DNA from: Haplodiscus bocki
Lineage: Eukaryota
DNA: 64,000 bases
Direction of reading: 5' to 3'
Assembly: GCA_965655095.1 (NCBI GenBank)
Contig: OZ296649.1
Location: 83,824,001 to 83,888,000 of the forward strand
Positions 51,101-60,585 of this stretch are shown piece by piece; the first letter of the stretch is position 1, and each line of letters starts with the position of its first letter. Under the pieces are notes generated by a model. That model searched no databases and was not told the DNA's origin. It saw only the letters and a list, made by a program, of their open reading frames with translations. The position numbers and the translations under genes were made by a program.

Positions 51101-54100
51101 AAATTGAGTAGAGTCGGCCAATACAAGAACAAAGGCCCCCGAACAATCCTCTTTGACCTGGAAACCCAAGTCGCCAAAGATCAAGCGGTAAAGTCAGCTT
51201 ACAAGTTGAAGACTTACAGAATACAGTCGGAACCCATATTCTTGAGCGCAGAATTGAACAAGGACGATGCGATGAAAGAAAATGAAGCACTGAAACTTCG
51301 GAGACAACTAATAGACAAAGGTATCGATCCAAAAATTCTGAGAGTAAGAAATCTGACACTGCAGAAACTCAGAAACGGAGTGTGGAGCACAATCTCCGAT
51401 ATAACAGAAAGCGATTGACTATCTTCAGAACCATCAACTGCACATATCATTGAGATTGTGACACTCTTATCTTTCAATGTACGCAGTCTGCTGGACCCCA
51501 AACGACGTGCAGCCCTTGCAAACTGTTTACTTCCTCTTGACTACGACATTTTATGCCTAACGGAAACCTGGCTCACTGAAAATGTCAGCAACTTCTCTAT
51601 CTTCCTGAACAATTTCGAAATCTTCAGGCGGGATAGGACCCCAACACAGTCAACCGTTTCCACCAAACACGGAGGTGTGCTAATTGCCATTCGTAAATAC
51701 ATAAACCACTAAATAGTGTCCCTCGATGTCGAAGCACAAGACTACATAGTAATGAAGATTTCATCTCATGACCCAGTACTGCTATGCTGCCTGTACAATC
51801 CACCTGCAACAAGTTCATATCACTGGACCAAAGCAAACAACTCGACACTGCTCCTCGAACTGAAGCAAAAAGAAATACTCCTCAACTGTAGCACAACTAT
51901 TATAACTGGAGACTTGAACATGAAATCAACAAACTGGGAAACAATGTCCTCCAGAGACACGAACGAAGACTCACTGCTCACTGATCTACTTGACTCAGGT
52001 TTTCACGAATTCCTGCATCATGGTGAAGAAAAACAGCTCGACGTCCTGCTGACAAACAACCCAGACATTGTTATTAAGGCCAATCCTGACATGAGTGTCT
52101 TCAAGAAATACTCAATTGACGAAAAACCCTGCTCCGATCATCTGCCTTACCGAACCCTACTAAACCTCACACAAGAGAGATGGCAATCACACACAAACCT
52201 GAAAGCATACGGGCTCCGGAAAGCCGACTGGGGAGTGGTTGTAGAGGCAATTCAAAACCATCCCCTCAACCCATATTGCTACAGTAATACAAACGTACTG
52301 CTCGAATTATGGTACTCTTGGATAAGGAAAATGATGGAGGATACCTTGCCAAAAGTCACAAAACATCGCTCTGAACTGCCTCCTTGGGTGACTAGCCCCA
52401 CCTCACACAAGATGAAAAAGCTAGAAACGTTGAAGAGGAAAATGAAAACGGGAGTACCAAACGTCGAGCTGGAGCTTAAAATAAAACGATTGTCAAAAGA
52501 AATCCATAGTGACGTCGAAGCCGACCTGACAAAATTTGAGGAAGATGTTTTCCGCACTCGAGAGTTCAGCAAAATACAGAAATATCTTGCATGTGTTAGA
52601 AAGAAACCTGTGATACCCAGCATTGTGAAGCGACAAGGAATTCCAGCAATTGACAAAAAACAAAGTGCAGACTTTTTCAACGAATTCTTCTGCAGTGTTT
52701 TCCACAAAGACACTCCAAACATCGTGAAGCCATACTATCCAAATAGAGAAGTAAATACAGTCCACATCTCAGAAGAACGTGTCACCGAGCTTCTAGGAAC
52801 GCTACAGGTTGGAAAAGCAACAGGACCAGATAGGATTGGAAACTTCTTCCTGCAGAATACAGCAACCGCTCTTGCAAAGTCTCCGGCACTCTTATACCGC
52901 ACGATGGTCCATAAAGGAATCTTTCCGGCTTCTTGGAAAGTCAGTCAAATCAGCCCCATCCACAAAGATGGGGAAGAGGACTTTGTTGAGCACTATAGAC
53001 CTATCAGCTTGTTGTGTTGTGTGTCCAAGGTCTTTGAACGTATAATTGAAACACTTTACGAAAATCTTCGCCACAAGCTACAACCAGCACAATACGGTTT
53101 CCGTCAAAAACGATCTGCCACCCTACAACTTCTGACCTTTCTCCACAAAATCTACACCAACTATGATGACGAAGCAGTGAAAGAACTGGGGGTAATCTAT
53201 CTCGATTTTGCAAAAGCATTCGACACAGTTCGACATGACATACTGATCACAAAATTAGAAGAAGTAGGTATTGGAGGCAAACTCCTACAAATACTTGCAT
53301 CATACTTAAGTCAACGAAAACAATTCGTCAAAGTTGGTGAAGAATCTTCTGGGCTGAAGGAAGTAACGAGTGGAGTACCCCAGGGTTCAATTCTTGGTCC
53401 CTTGTTATTTTTAGTTTTCATCAACGACCTGCCGAACAGCATGCAGAACTGTTACGGTTTTGCCGATGACTTTAAAGTTGCTGTGAAAAGCCAACAAGAA
53501 CTCAACGAAAGCACTGCCACAATTGACTACTGGTGCGCGACGAACGGAATGCAACTAAATGTGAATAAATGTGGCATCCTCGTACTCAGTGGGCAAATGA
53601 ATGGCAAACTCAGCAACGAGAACATTGCTCTTCTCGAGACTCAAAAGGACCTAGGTTTGGTAATAACGAAAAGTCTAACTTGGCATAACAACTGTCAACA
53701 ACGAACAAACAAAGCTCTAAAGGCGCTTTTTAGTCTTAAAAGAAACCTGTCCAGTAACTGCTCTATAAATGTCAAAATCAATGCCTTCACAGGGTACGTG
53801 ATGCCAATACTCACGTATTGCTCCCAGTCCTGGCTCCCAAACAACTCCTGTCTTAGAGATATGGACAGAGTACAGAAGATTGCCACCAAATGGTTTTACG
53901 GTAGCCATATAGAATACCGCGAACGACTTAAATGCAACTTACTGCCAGTATCAATGTACTATGAATTGCATGACATCCTTTATCTCGACTCACTGCTGAA
54001 AGGAAAATACGACATAGACATCAACAAATTCATATCAAAAACATCAGTTGAATCAACCAGACAAAGTTCGCGGAGTGAACTGGAAGTCACTCGAACCAGG

Positions 54101-57100
54101 ACACAGAAAGCTGATGAGAACTTTTTCATTCGATCGAGCATCCTTCACAACATCATGTCACGGGCACTTGCGAGAATGTCGCTAAAGTTTAACAAAAGCA
54201 ACCTGACTTATTTGTACTGGAACTACTTCACGACTAGGTACAGTGAAACAAATGGAGAATTATCTGTAAATGCAACCATTGCAACCCCACTGGTAAACTC
54301 AGCCATATCGGGACGATACAATGAAGGGAGTCAATTGCCCTAGAGGACCAAACCTCTGAAGCCTCAACTACTACTACTACTACTAGACTCTCGGATGACG
54401 TCACAGAATGTCGGTTTCCAACACATTCTTCCTTTCAGTCAGAATGTGTAAAAAGCAGTTAGTACTCCAGGCTCCCTTCATACTTTCCATTATAGGACCA
54501 TAATGGAAAATTGATTATCCAAAGGAAATGCAGGCGATGTTTGAATTGCTCGTGTAATCGTTCAAACCACATAATGACCGGATTCATTTTTTTCATGTAA
54601 TAGCATTTTTCCTGCGTCACAAAAAGAAGGGTGCGCTCACCTAAAAGTCGGTCAATTTCAATGACTGTTATTTCATGCTCGTTGATACGAATGTCTTTCA
54701 AGAATCGCCAGAATTGGAGTCTATCCATGACGAAAGTGTTATCTTCACCAGCTGTCACACTTGTAGATCCTCTGAAGTTATCTTTACACAGCTTGGAGTA
54801 AAACGCGTAAATCCTCCGCAACAAAGATATATTCCTCAGCACACAGAAATTTACCTGCATACAGAAACCAAAAATAAACAAATTATAAATTAGGTACTTT
54901 AAGTTCATATTAATGTTAAATAGGACAACCTGTAAGCTTTCTTCTTCGCGATTCTCTTCAGGGAAGTTCAGAAGAATCTGTTCCAGATCCAAAGAAAAAC
55001 TCGGTACTACCGACAGTACAGCCGAGACACTCATGTCGGACGTTATAGAAGCATCCTCTATGAGAAAATACAACGTGCATCACAATAAACTGAAGTTCTA
55101 TTACGATGTTCTACAAACAATTATATTACTGCTCACCCGGAATTCCAGCATTTTCTTTATCAGCCGACCTTGTGGTAAGCTCTCCTATATCTGGCGTCCT
55201 CATGCCATCCATTTTGAATTCCGGATGTTGAACCATTTTGTCACTTTCAAACTGGCCTTCAAAGACTCGTCCGTTTTTGAAAGTAACCACGCCCTAATGG
55301 TGAGTTTGACTGTTAATCTATGAGAACAATTGACATAATCTATAAGAATAATCGTGAAAAGACAAACTTACGTGTCCGTTCTTAAGATTAGCATGCCACT
55401 GGCCTTCATATTTTGATCCATTGGCATATGTGAAGGTCCCAGTGCCTTGACGGAGACCTTTGTGCCATTGACCGTAATACTGATTTCTTTGTGGGTACTG
55501 AGACCCTGGAAGTCTTCTCAAAAACCATGTATGCTCACCAACACCATGCTAAAATGAAATTGAAAAATATGACAGCTTCTAATGAGGTGTAAATTTATTT
55601 CCAAACGCTTCCAAGCATTCGATTTTTCACAACCAACTACCAAATTTTGAATTAGCTTTTCTCCACCACATGCTGAGATTAAAAAATTGCCACAAAATTG
55701 ATGAAAGCCTACATGTTTTCACCCAAAACGGAGTTTGCAATGATGTAGCAGATACTGTTCACGCGTTTAATATACACTGCGTTTTGTCAACTGTTTCCAT
55801 CTTTTTTCCAGGGGGAGGAAAAATGTTTTTTAAACATTAAAATTGGATCACCTTCCAATACCGCGCATTCAATCCCTAACTTGTGCCGGCATATCAGTGT
55901 ATCGTACACGATACTTGAATAGAAGAAAATTACATGCATTAATTGGAAAATGTAGACGTCCGTACAAGATACATGATTTATTTCTCGCATATGGGAAAAC
56001 ATGAAAAATAGATTTCGTAGAAGACTGGAAAATTAGTTAAGCTCGAGACAAATCATTTTACTTGGGTGAAGTTTCAATTCACCAGCATTGAACAATTTCC
56101 ACCTGTATTTTTGAGTTAACACTTTTAAACTGTGCCAAAAATGTGAAAAATTGGGATTGTCAAAATTTAACGTCACCCTCTTACATACATATCTTGATAC
56201 TAGTCGGCACCAACAAAGTGAGAGATACGGACTTGTTTTTACATTTTGGTACATGAATACACGAGCAGGAAATAAATGAATATATAATACATGAAAGTTT
56301 AGAATACTATAATATATGACTTATTATAAAACCTATGCACGTCATCACACTGCGGCATGGTATTATAAAATTTTCATGATGTTCCAAGGTAGTACTCACT
56401 TGTAATCCATCTTCCCAATCGCCTTCGTAAGTTTCGTTGTTGCGATCATGCCATCGCATTGTTCCAAAGCCGTGTCTCTTATCACGGTACCACATTCCCT
56501 CATAGACATTTCCTGAAGGGTATCTACGATATCCTCGTCCATTTTTCATGTTACAGAACCACTCACCCTCATACACACTCTGCTGCATAGAATCGTAATA
56601 CAGGATTCCCTGCAAACACAACTTCTATTGCCACAATCTTCATACAATGCTTGGGGTAGTAAACGCAGTAAATGAAATGAAACTATATTAAGTGAACATC
56701 AATCGACCTATAAGTTTGTCTCAATAATTTTTAAATTCCTACGCCCAAACAAACAAAAATTGTTGCAAAGCCCAGTTTACCATAATCAGCTCACCTCACA
56801 AAAAAAATAGTACCAAGACATTATGCGACAATTAAAAACTCACATGGCCATGTCGTTTGCCTTTGTACCACTGACCCGTGTAGCAAAGGCCCTTTCGAGG
56901 ACAGGTGAAAGTTCCGTTGCCATGTCGCAACCCATTGAGCACTTCACCTTCATAGGAACTGAAATGAAGCAATAATCACTTTTGGCCTATGCGATATTAC
57001 ATCAGTGTCACACAAAGCAAGCTTTAGGAAAGAGACTATTCATTAGTTTTCGCCCAGACAAAAAATGATGACATGGTTGGATAATTCAAACATATTAGAT

Positions 57101-58044
57101 CATTTTGGAGTGAATTCGTTCCAAAAAATTGATCATCAAAAATTATTTCATAGACTACACCAATATTTTTTCGAAACTACCTTCCGTCAATCCAGCGATA
57201 AAGTCCTTTTCCAGTGATATGATTATCAGTGAATTCCCCTTCATAAGTGACACCATCATTCCATGTATAGAGTCCTCTACCATGCATTTTGCCTTTGTTG
57301 AACATTCCCTGAAATATTTTGTGCAAAATGTGATCCAAGAGCTACATTTACATGTACATGGAATACGTTATGTTTTACCTTATAAGTGTGACCTCCAACG
57401 AATTTTGCTTCACCGTATCCATGATAAAGGCCAAACTCTTTATCCCCTGTGTACCTAAAATTAAATGTTCGGCATTCGAGTGATTTTGGTCTGATGCAAA
57501 CTTAGGTTAAATATCCTCAACTTTTTGAAAAACTATTTACTAAAGTTAACGTACTGTTCCAGGATTAGTTTAGTCAGTACGGGCTCTTCGAAGTTAGATT
57601 GGTCTACCGTCTTTGATTCGGTAATCTGAAAAATCAAAATGCAAAAACAATACATCATCACTGCTGCACAACTTGTGTTTTGATGGTCTTTTATTATACC
57701 GTCTCTAGATTTTTCGTCTCAATATTTCCTCTCCAATATAAACGGGACAATTTTCCGTAGAAAATTATCTTGAAACTTTCATTAAGTTTTACAAGAGAAA
57801 ACAGCAACGCCGCATTTGCACATTGAACCGCAAAGCGATTTTACGCCCTAACCTCAGGGACAACTTCGGTGAGTGCATTTGAGACAGCGTCTGCCAACTT
57901 TTCGCTGCTATTGTCAGCATTGGAAACGAGACTGTTAACAGCCAAGTTTGCAGCATCGGATGCATCTGTCCCAGCAGTTTCAGCACCAGATCTATGCGTA
58001 TCTGCCGAATTCCGATCTTTCTTTTTCTTTTTATCTTTGGCCAT
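30058..58044 (-). CDS. RSPH10B: Radial spoke head 10 homolog B (MORN-repeat axonemal protein), 18 coding exons, 912 aa
   Basis: Exons (minus): 58044-57853, 57625-57555, 57454-57379, 57308-57181, 56958-56844, 56609-56400, 55548-55372, 55293-55137, 55057-54930, 54854-54641, 47843-47702, 47628-47454, 45960-45787, 37513-37283, 36362-36243, 35629-35449, 35370-35248, 30182-30058. All GT-AG, phases consistent, total 2739 nt. FEEPVLTKLILE, ~10 MORN repeats, WFLRRLPGSQYPQRNQY, VLRNISLLRRIYAFYS, DNTFVMDRLQFWRFLKD and LEFIECLL match the RSPH10B layout. Confidence 0.93.
30210..30960. mobile_element. MITE with long imperfect TIRs (Mutator/hAT-like), in RSPH10B intron 17
   Basis: Left AATACCCAAGATTGAAA is inverted at right TTTCAATCTTGGGTATT. 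~15 bp tandem units AAAATACCCAAG in the left arm. Flanks CTAATAAC / CTAATACC give an 8 bp TSD with one mismatch. Internal ~41 bp repeats at 30560-30690. Confidence 0.7.
32165..34995 (+). mobile_element. Long family A Helentron-like element with internal diverged ~120 bp minisatellite
   Basis: subTIR TTTTCCGTC at 32169, inverted GACGGAAAA at 34960, then hairpin and CCTCTTGTT end. 32750-34850 is a diverged tandem array whose reverse complement recurs at 37.9-38.4, 40.9-41.4 and 43.4-43.9 kb. Confidence 0.72.
35248..35370 (-). CDS. RSPH10B: RSPH10B exon 17
   Basis: EDELALGITEDPIVSASRPVTRVPS...; phase 1 to 1. Confidence 0.72.
35449..35629 (-). CDS. RSPH10B: RSPH10B exon 16
   Basis: AGKSGRKSAISLGVAGATGG...; phase 0 to 1. 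Confidence 0.72.
36243..36362 (-). CDS. RSPH10B: RSPH10B exon 15
   Basis: 120 nt, phase 0-0, acidic/Ala-rich, GC-richer than flanks. Confidence 0.72.
37283..37513 (-). CDS. RSPH10B: RSPH10B exon 14
   Basis: LTILEFIECLLNLATIYVTDEV... Confidence 0.88.
37704..45222 (-). mobile_element. Head-to-tail array of long family A elements (units ~37704-40840 and ~40841-44304, plus a third end at ~45209-45222)
   Basis: One hairpin end at 37704; subTIR ends GAC(A/G)GAAA at 40828, 44290 and 45209. 40850 onward realigns to 37885 onward. Internal ~130 bp repeats (CTCGGTTTTCAAG..TCGCA.AAAA). Confidence 0.7.
45787..45960 (-). CDS. RSPH10B: RSPH10B exon 13
   Basis: ...RDVLHMLSDFRLINERLT..VLQVLASDDPRVYDGESCNVELE. 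Confidence 0.9.
47454..47628 (-). CDS. RSPH10B: RSPH10B exon 12
   Basis: SCLSKFIEINVKKHACKVKGSLL...AMEYLDKVCDLYMFICKP. Confidence 0.88.
47702..47843 (-). CDS. RSPH10B: RSPH10B exon 11
   Basis: ...PHLPSSKFLFLDFVNSLVVISFNIFYNEC; phase 1 to 2. Confidence 0.85.
47984..48273 (-). mobile_element. Short family A element fragment
   Basis: AATAAGAGG, hairpin CAGC-acc-GCTG, then TATTTTCCGTAG. Confidence 0.6.
48922..49284. mobile_element. hAT-like MITE
   Basis: TIR CAGTAGTTTGACCACTAA ... TTAGCGGTCAAACCACAA; subterminal TACCGC/GCGGTA repeats; TSD AAATGTAA / ACATGTAA; absent from the homologous 28540 copy. Confidence 0.7.
49596..50245 (+). pseudogene. LINE ORF0: SGNH/GDSL esterase, frameshifted at a C13 run (49899-49911)
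   Basis: Block I SLFIADSQ, block II LPGAKV, block III IFVAGND. After the shift: PPRFP...VNKIL...DHYHLN (block V DxxH), ending in a Cys-rich tail and TAG at 50243-50245. Confidence 0.85.
50243..50420 (+). repeat. Three direct repeats CATAGGTTYCTTTYACAGRATCCA between ORF0 and ORF1
   Basis: Copies start at ~50251, 50314 and 50390. Confidence 0.9.
50556..51418 (+). pseudogene. LINE ORF1: PHD-like finger, coiled coil, RRM-like and C-terminal domains; one frameshift
   Basis: C..H...CCVYCDRVLH...C...VCNDC; coiled coil; TATTC duplication at 50904-50913 (removal gives AAYSAVV); IRVKGIPE, RVG...PRTILF, IFLSAELN motifs. Confidence 0.88.
51419..54343 (+). pseudogene. LINE ORF2: AP endonuclease plus reverse transcriptase; in-frame TAA at 51710-51712 and a 3' frameshift near 54253
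   Basis: LSFNVRS, LTETWL, GGVLI, TGDLN, LDVLL, SDH (APE); YRPISLL, QYGFR, YLDFAKAFD, GVPQGSILGPLLF, FADD (RT). The shifted frame gives WRIICKCNHC (CxCxxC tail). Confidence 0.95.
54641..54854 (-). CDS. RSPH10B: RSPH10B exon 10
   Basis: VNFCVLRNISLLRRIYAFYS...QFWRFLKD...EIDRLL. Confidence 0.92.
54930..55057 (-). CDS. RSPH10B: RSPH10B exon 9
   Basis: ...SFSLDLEQILLNFPEENREEESLQ. Confidence 0.88.
55137..55293 (-). CDS. RSPH10B: RSPH10B exon 8
   Basis: GVVTFKNGRVFEGQFESDKM... Confidence 0.9.
55372..55548 (-). CDS. RSPH10B: RSPH10B exon 7
   Basis: HGVGEHTWFLRRLPGSQYPQRNQYYGQW...NLKNGH. Confidence 0.93.
56400..56609 (-). CDS. RSPH10B: RSPH10B exon 6
   Basis: GILYYDSMQQSVYEGEW...YEGDWEDGLQ (MORN). 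Confidence 0.93.
56844..56958 (-). CDS. RSPH10B: RSPH10B exon 5
   Basis: YEGEVLNGLRHGNGTF..YTGQWYKGKRHGH (MORN). Confidence 0.93.
57181..57308 (-). CDS. RSPH10B: RSPH10B exon 4
   Basis: GMFNKGKMHGRGLYTWNDGVTYEGEF..GKGLYRWIDG (MORN). Confidence 0.93.
57379..57454 (-). CDS. RSPH10B: RSPH10B exon 3
   Basis: YTGDKEFGLYHGYGEAKFVGGHTYK (MORN). Confidence 0.92.
57555..57625 (-). CDS. RSPH10B: RSPH10B exon 2
   Basis: TTTCAG acceptor; ITESKTVDQSNFEEPVLTKLILE; GTACGT donor. Confidence 0.88.
57853..58044 (-). CDS. RSPH10B: RSPH10B coding exon 1
   Basis: MAKDKKKKKD...VVPE, donor GTTAGG. Confidence 0.8.
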
Positions 58045-58589
58045 TTATAAATCTGAATTAATTCAATAAATTTTCTTAAAGCGCTTGGTTCCACAAATTT
58101 AATCTACGTGACCGGTAGCGAAGAGTCAAAATGAGCATATGAGAAGAACTTTTGGAAGCATCAAGTGATGACCATTTTTATCCAATCATTTCAATGATTC
58201 ATTCAACTTAAAAGTTCAACCAAATCTTCAATCACTCAAATGATTAATATCATTTTAAACGACGCATAAGCATAAACACGATTCAAAAAATCACACTCCT
58301 CGATTTCCTACCGTCTCGAAAAAGTATCTTATCTTACATGTCAAATGGTAGTAAAAACCAAAACGGCAATGTTTTCTCTTCCCGATTTTCGCCAACAAAA
58401 CCGGTAATCATTTGAAATACGCCCAGGTTCAATAATTTCACCATCAAATGCGCCTGCATTAGCCCTGGATTTCATATGTAGCAAAAGTTGATCCCTTCTC
58501 AAGAACTCTCCCATTTTTGGATCATCTAATTTTGAAGTCAATCTTGAGTTATTTGACTATCTGGGAAGCTCATTGTGATAATCATTGAA

Positions 58590-58930
58590 AACAAGACTCC
58601 CGGCTTACTCCGAGGTAGTTGCCACCTTCCAAATTACGGGAAAAACGTTGAAAGGCCATAATTCGAATTTAAAAAGTGACTAAAACAGGACTCCCGGCAA
58701 CTCCGGGATATTTTCCACCTCACAAATTAGTGAAAAAACGATCAAAAAAACTTGTAATTCAAACCAGAAAATGTCAAAGAATTGTTCGAATTTTGCTTCA
58801 AAACTTGAAAAAAAATTATAATTCATTCTCAATTTTTGTAAACAAAAACCCAAAATTCCTGGGAGAAAAACAACTTTCTGGGAAAAACTGGTATATAATG
58901 GTATATTATGGCAAATTTGGAAAATTGGTT
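58590..58930 (-). mobile_element. Two stacked family C element ends
   Basis: AACAAGACTCCCGG-cttact-CCGAGG (58590) and AACAGGACTCCCGG-caact-CCGGGA (58684). Confidence 0.5.
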
Positions 58931-58931
58931 T

Positions 58932-59318
58932 AACACAGAGGCGAAGCTGTGCTTCGAAACACTTGCGCCAACGGAAAACTAGAGAACATATCGACTAAAC
59001 ATTACTGATTTATGAAGGGCTCACGATACTACGAATACTACTCATAGCAAGAGTACAGAAATTCAGTTAATTCTAAATTCATTGAAAAGTAAAAAGCGCT
59101 ATCATATTTCATTCGCTTGGTATTCTGAATAAAAATGCTGATTGTCAAGCGACAACGGCACAGTAGAGCATGCGACAGCAGAGCCAAAGGTCCCAGGTTC
59201 GAGGCTAGGACACTCCCTCCTCTCTTTTGTCAAAAAGTAGGAACTTGTGCAGGCTTTGATCAGATCGGAAAAGAATTCGGAGACTGAGAGGAAACACTTG
59301 CTTGCGCAAGTGTTATAA
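58932..59318 (-). mobile_element. Family B-related Helentron-like element containing a tRNA-like segment
   Basis: Hairpin CGAAGC-tgt-GCTTCG, subTIR AACACTTGCGC (58958) and perfect inverted GCGCAAGTGTT (59304). Confidence 0.7.
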
Positions 59319-60585
59319 AAAATAGAAGTGCCGTATAACTTGTAAATTACGACCTTTTTCATTCCAAAACCGCTAATTTCTGGCAAGAAAAACACTTTTT
59401 GGGGAAAAAACTGCTTTATTATCAATTCATTTTGCGAGTACCAATACCAATTGCGTATCAGCTGATAATAGGTTATTGTGGCTGATAGTTATCAACAAGA
59501 AGTGAACAAATTCTCATAGCAAGTGATTGAATTTTAAATTGACGAAACGTGTGTGAAAGAGGAAAATCGACAATAGCCATTGAAAAATTTTCCTTTCTAT
59601 AAAATATGGAGGCGGAAAAAGAAAAGGCGCAAAATGGCACTTTGGATTTTTTTTGCAAACAAATCTTAAATTTTGGCAAAAATAGTTATATTTTGAGAAA
59701 GACCAGCATGCTAGACGTATTTTACGGAAAATGTGGGAAAAATGGTGAAATAGAAACCTTTTTGCGTGCACTTTTAATTCCTCATGCAATTGGCAGATTT
59801 GATACTGAAAAAAAATGCTGAGCGAATGTTTTCCTTCCAATTATGAAATATTGGCCGGAAAATAACAATAGGCAGCTTTGCAAAATTATATCAAGGCAGA
59901 TGATGAAGAACGTATATTCATTGTGGAATAGGCTTTTTAATTCCTCGTTTTCTATCTAAAGCAAGTTTTACGGAGCGAAGAGTTTCAGATTTCAAAAACA
60001 TTGCAGAACTAAATTTCGAAGCACGTGTGAAAGATTTGGATCGATAATTTCATGTTCACAATTTAGCATTCAGTTTTCCCGTGAGCAAGCTTTTTTGACC
60101 GTTGGCTCATCTTAGTCCGGCGTACATAACTAAGCATCTTAAGTAAAACGAGGATAAAATTTGGCTTTCCCAATCCCATATTTAGAAAGTAATGCTTCGT
60201 TTAAACCCACGATAAAACGTATCCTGACTCATGCTAGATATTTTTCTTGATTTACGATAATAAGAAAGAGGTCTTCAAAATGTATACTTTGCTCTAGATT
60301 ACTAAAATATATACTGCTCAACAAGTTAGGAATATTAATTTGAAAATTAAGCATCATTAGACTAACGTGGCATCTGCTAATGCAGAAATGCACACGAATA
60401 AATCTTATCTAAGTGCATTTCTGGGGAAAACAATTCAACTTATAAACTCAGCCGCTCAAGTTTTACAAGTTCCAAAAAACATCCGAAACAAGCATACCAC
60501 ACCCTCATCAAGTCTCGAAACATACAAAACAGCAGGGTGAATACTTCAAGCACTAAGCTAAAATCCGATGTTTTCCTTTTTATTA

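Larger units (their letters stand above)
49501..54381 (+). mobile_element. Full-length non-LTR retrotransposon (CR1/L2 group) with three ORFs, (ACT)n tail and ACTAGA target-site duplication
   Basis: TSD at 49495-49500 and 54382-54387; tail 54367-54385; esterase ORF, PHD ORF1 and EN-RT ORF2; inserted antisense in RSPH10B intron 10. Confidence 0.95.
48274..54452 (-). mobile_element. Family B element interrupted by a MITE and the LINE
   Basis: 48274-48921, 49285-49500 and 54382-54452 join into a homologue of 28540-29298. Confidence 0.8.

Noticed and set aside
52279-53908. Antisense and alternative-frame ORFs over LINE ORF2
   Set aside because: Shadows of the long plus-strand ORF; no motifs.
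54459-55073. 204 aa ORF as a single-exon gene
   Set aside because: It is RSPH10B exons 9 and 10 read through a stop-free 75 nt intron plus flanking intron sequence.
58045-58500. RFX X-box expected for a ciliary gene promoter
   Set aside because: Only weak half-site matches; the best palindrome (GTTGCCATGTCGCAAC, ~56916) lies inside a coding exon.
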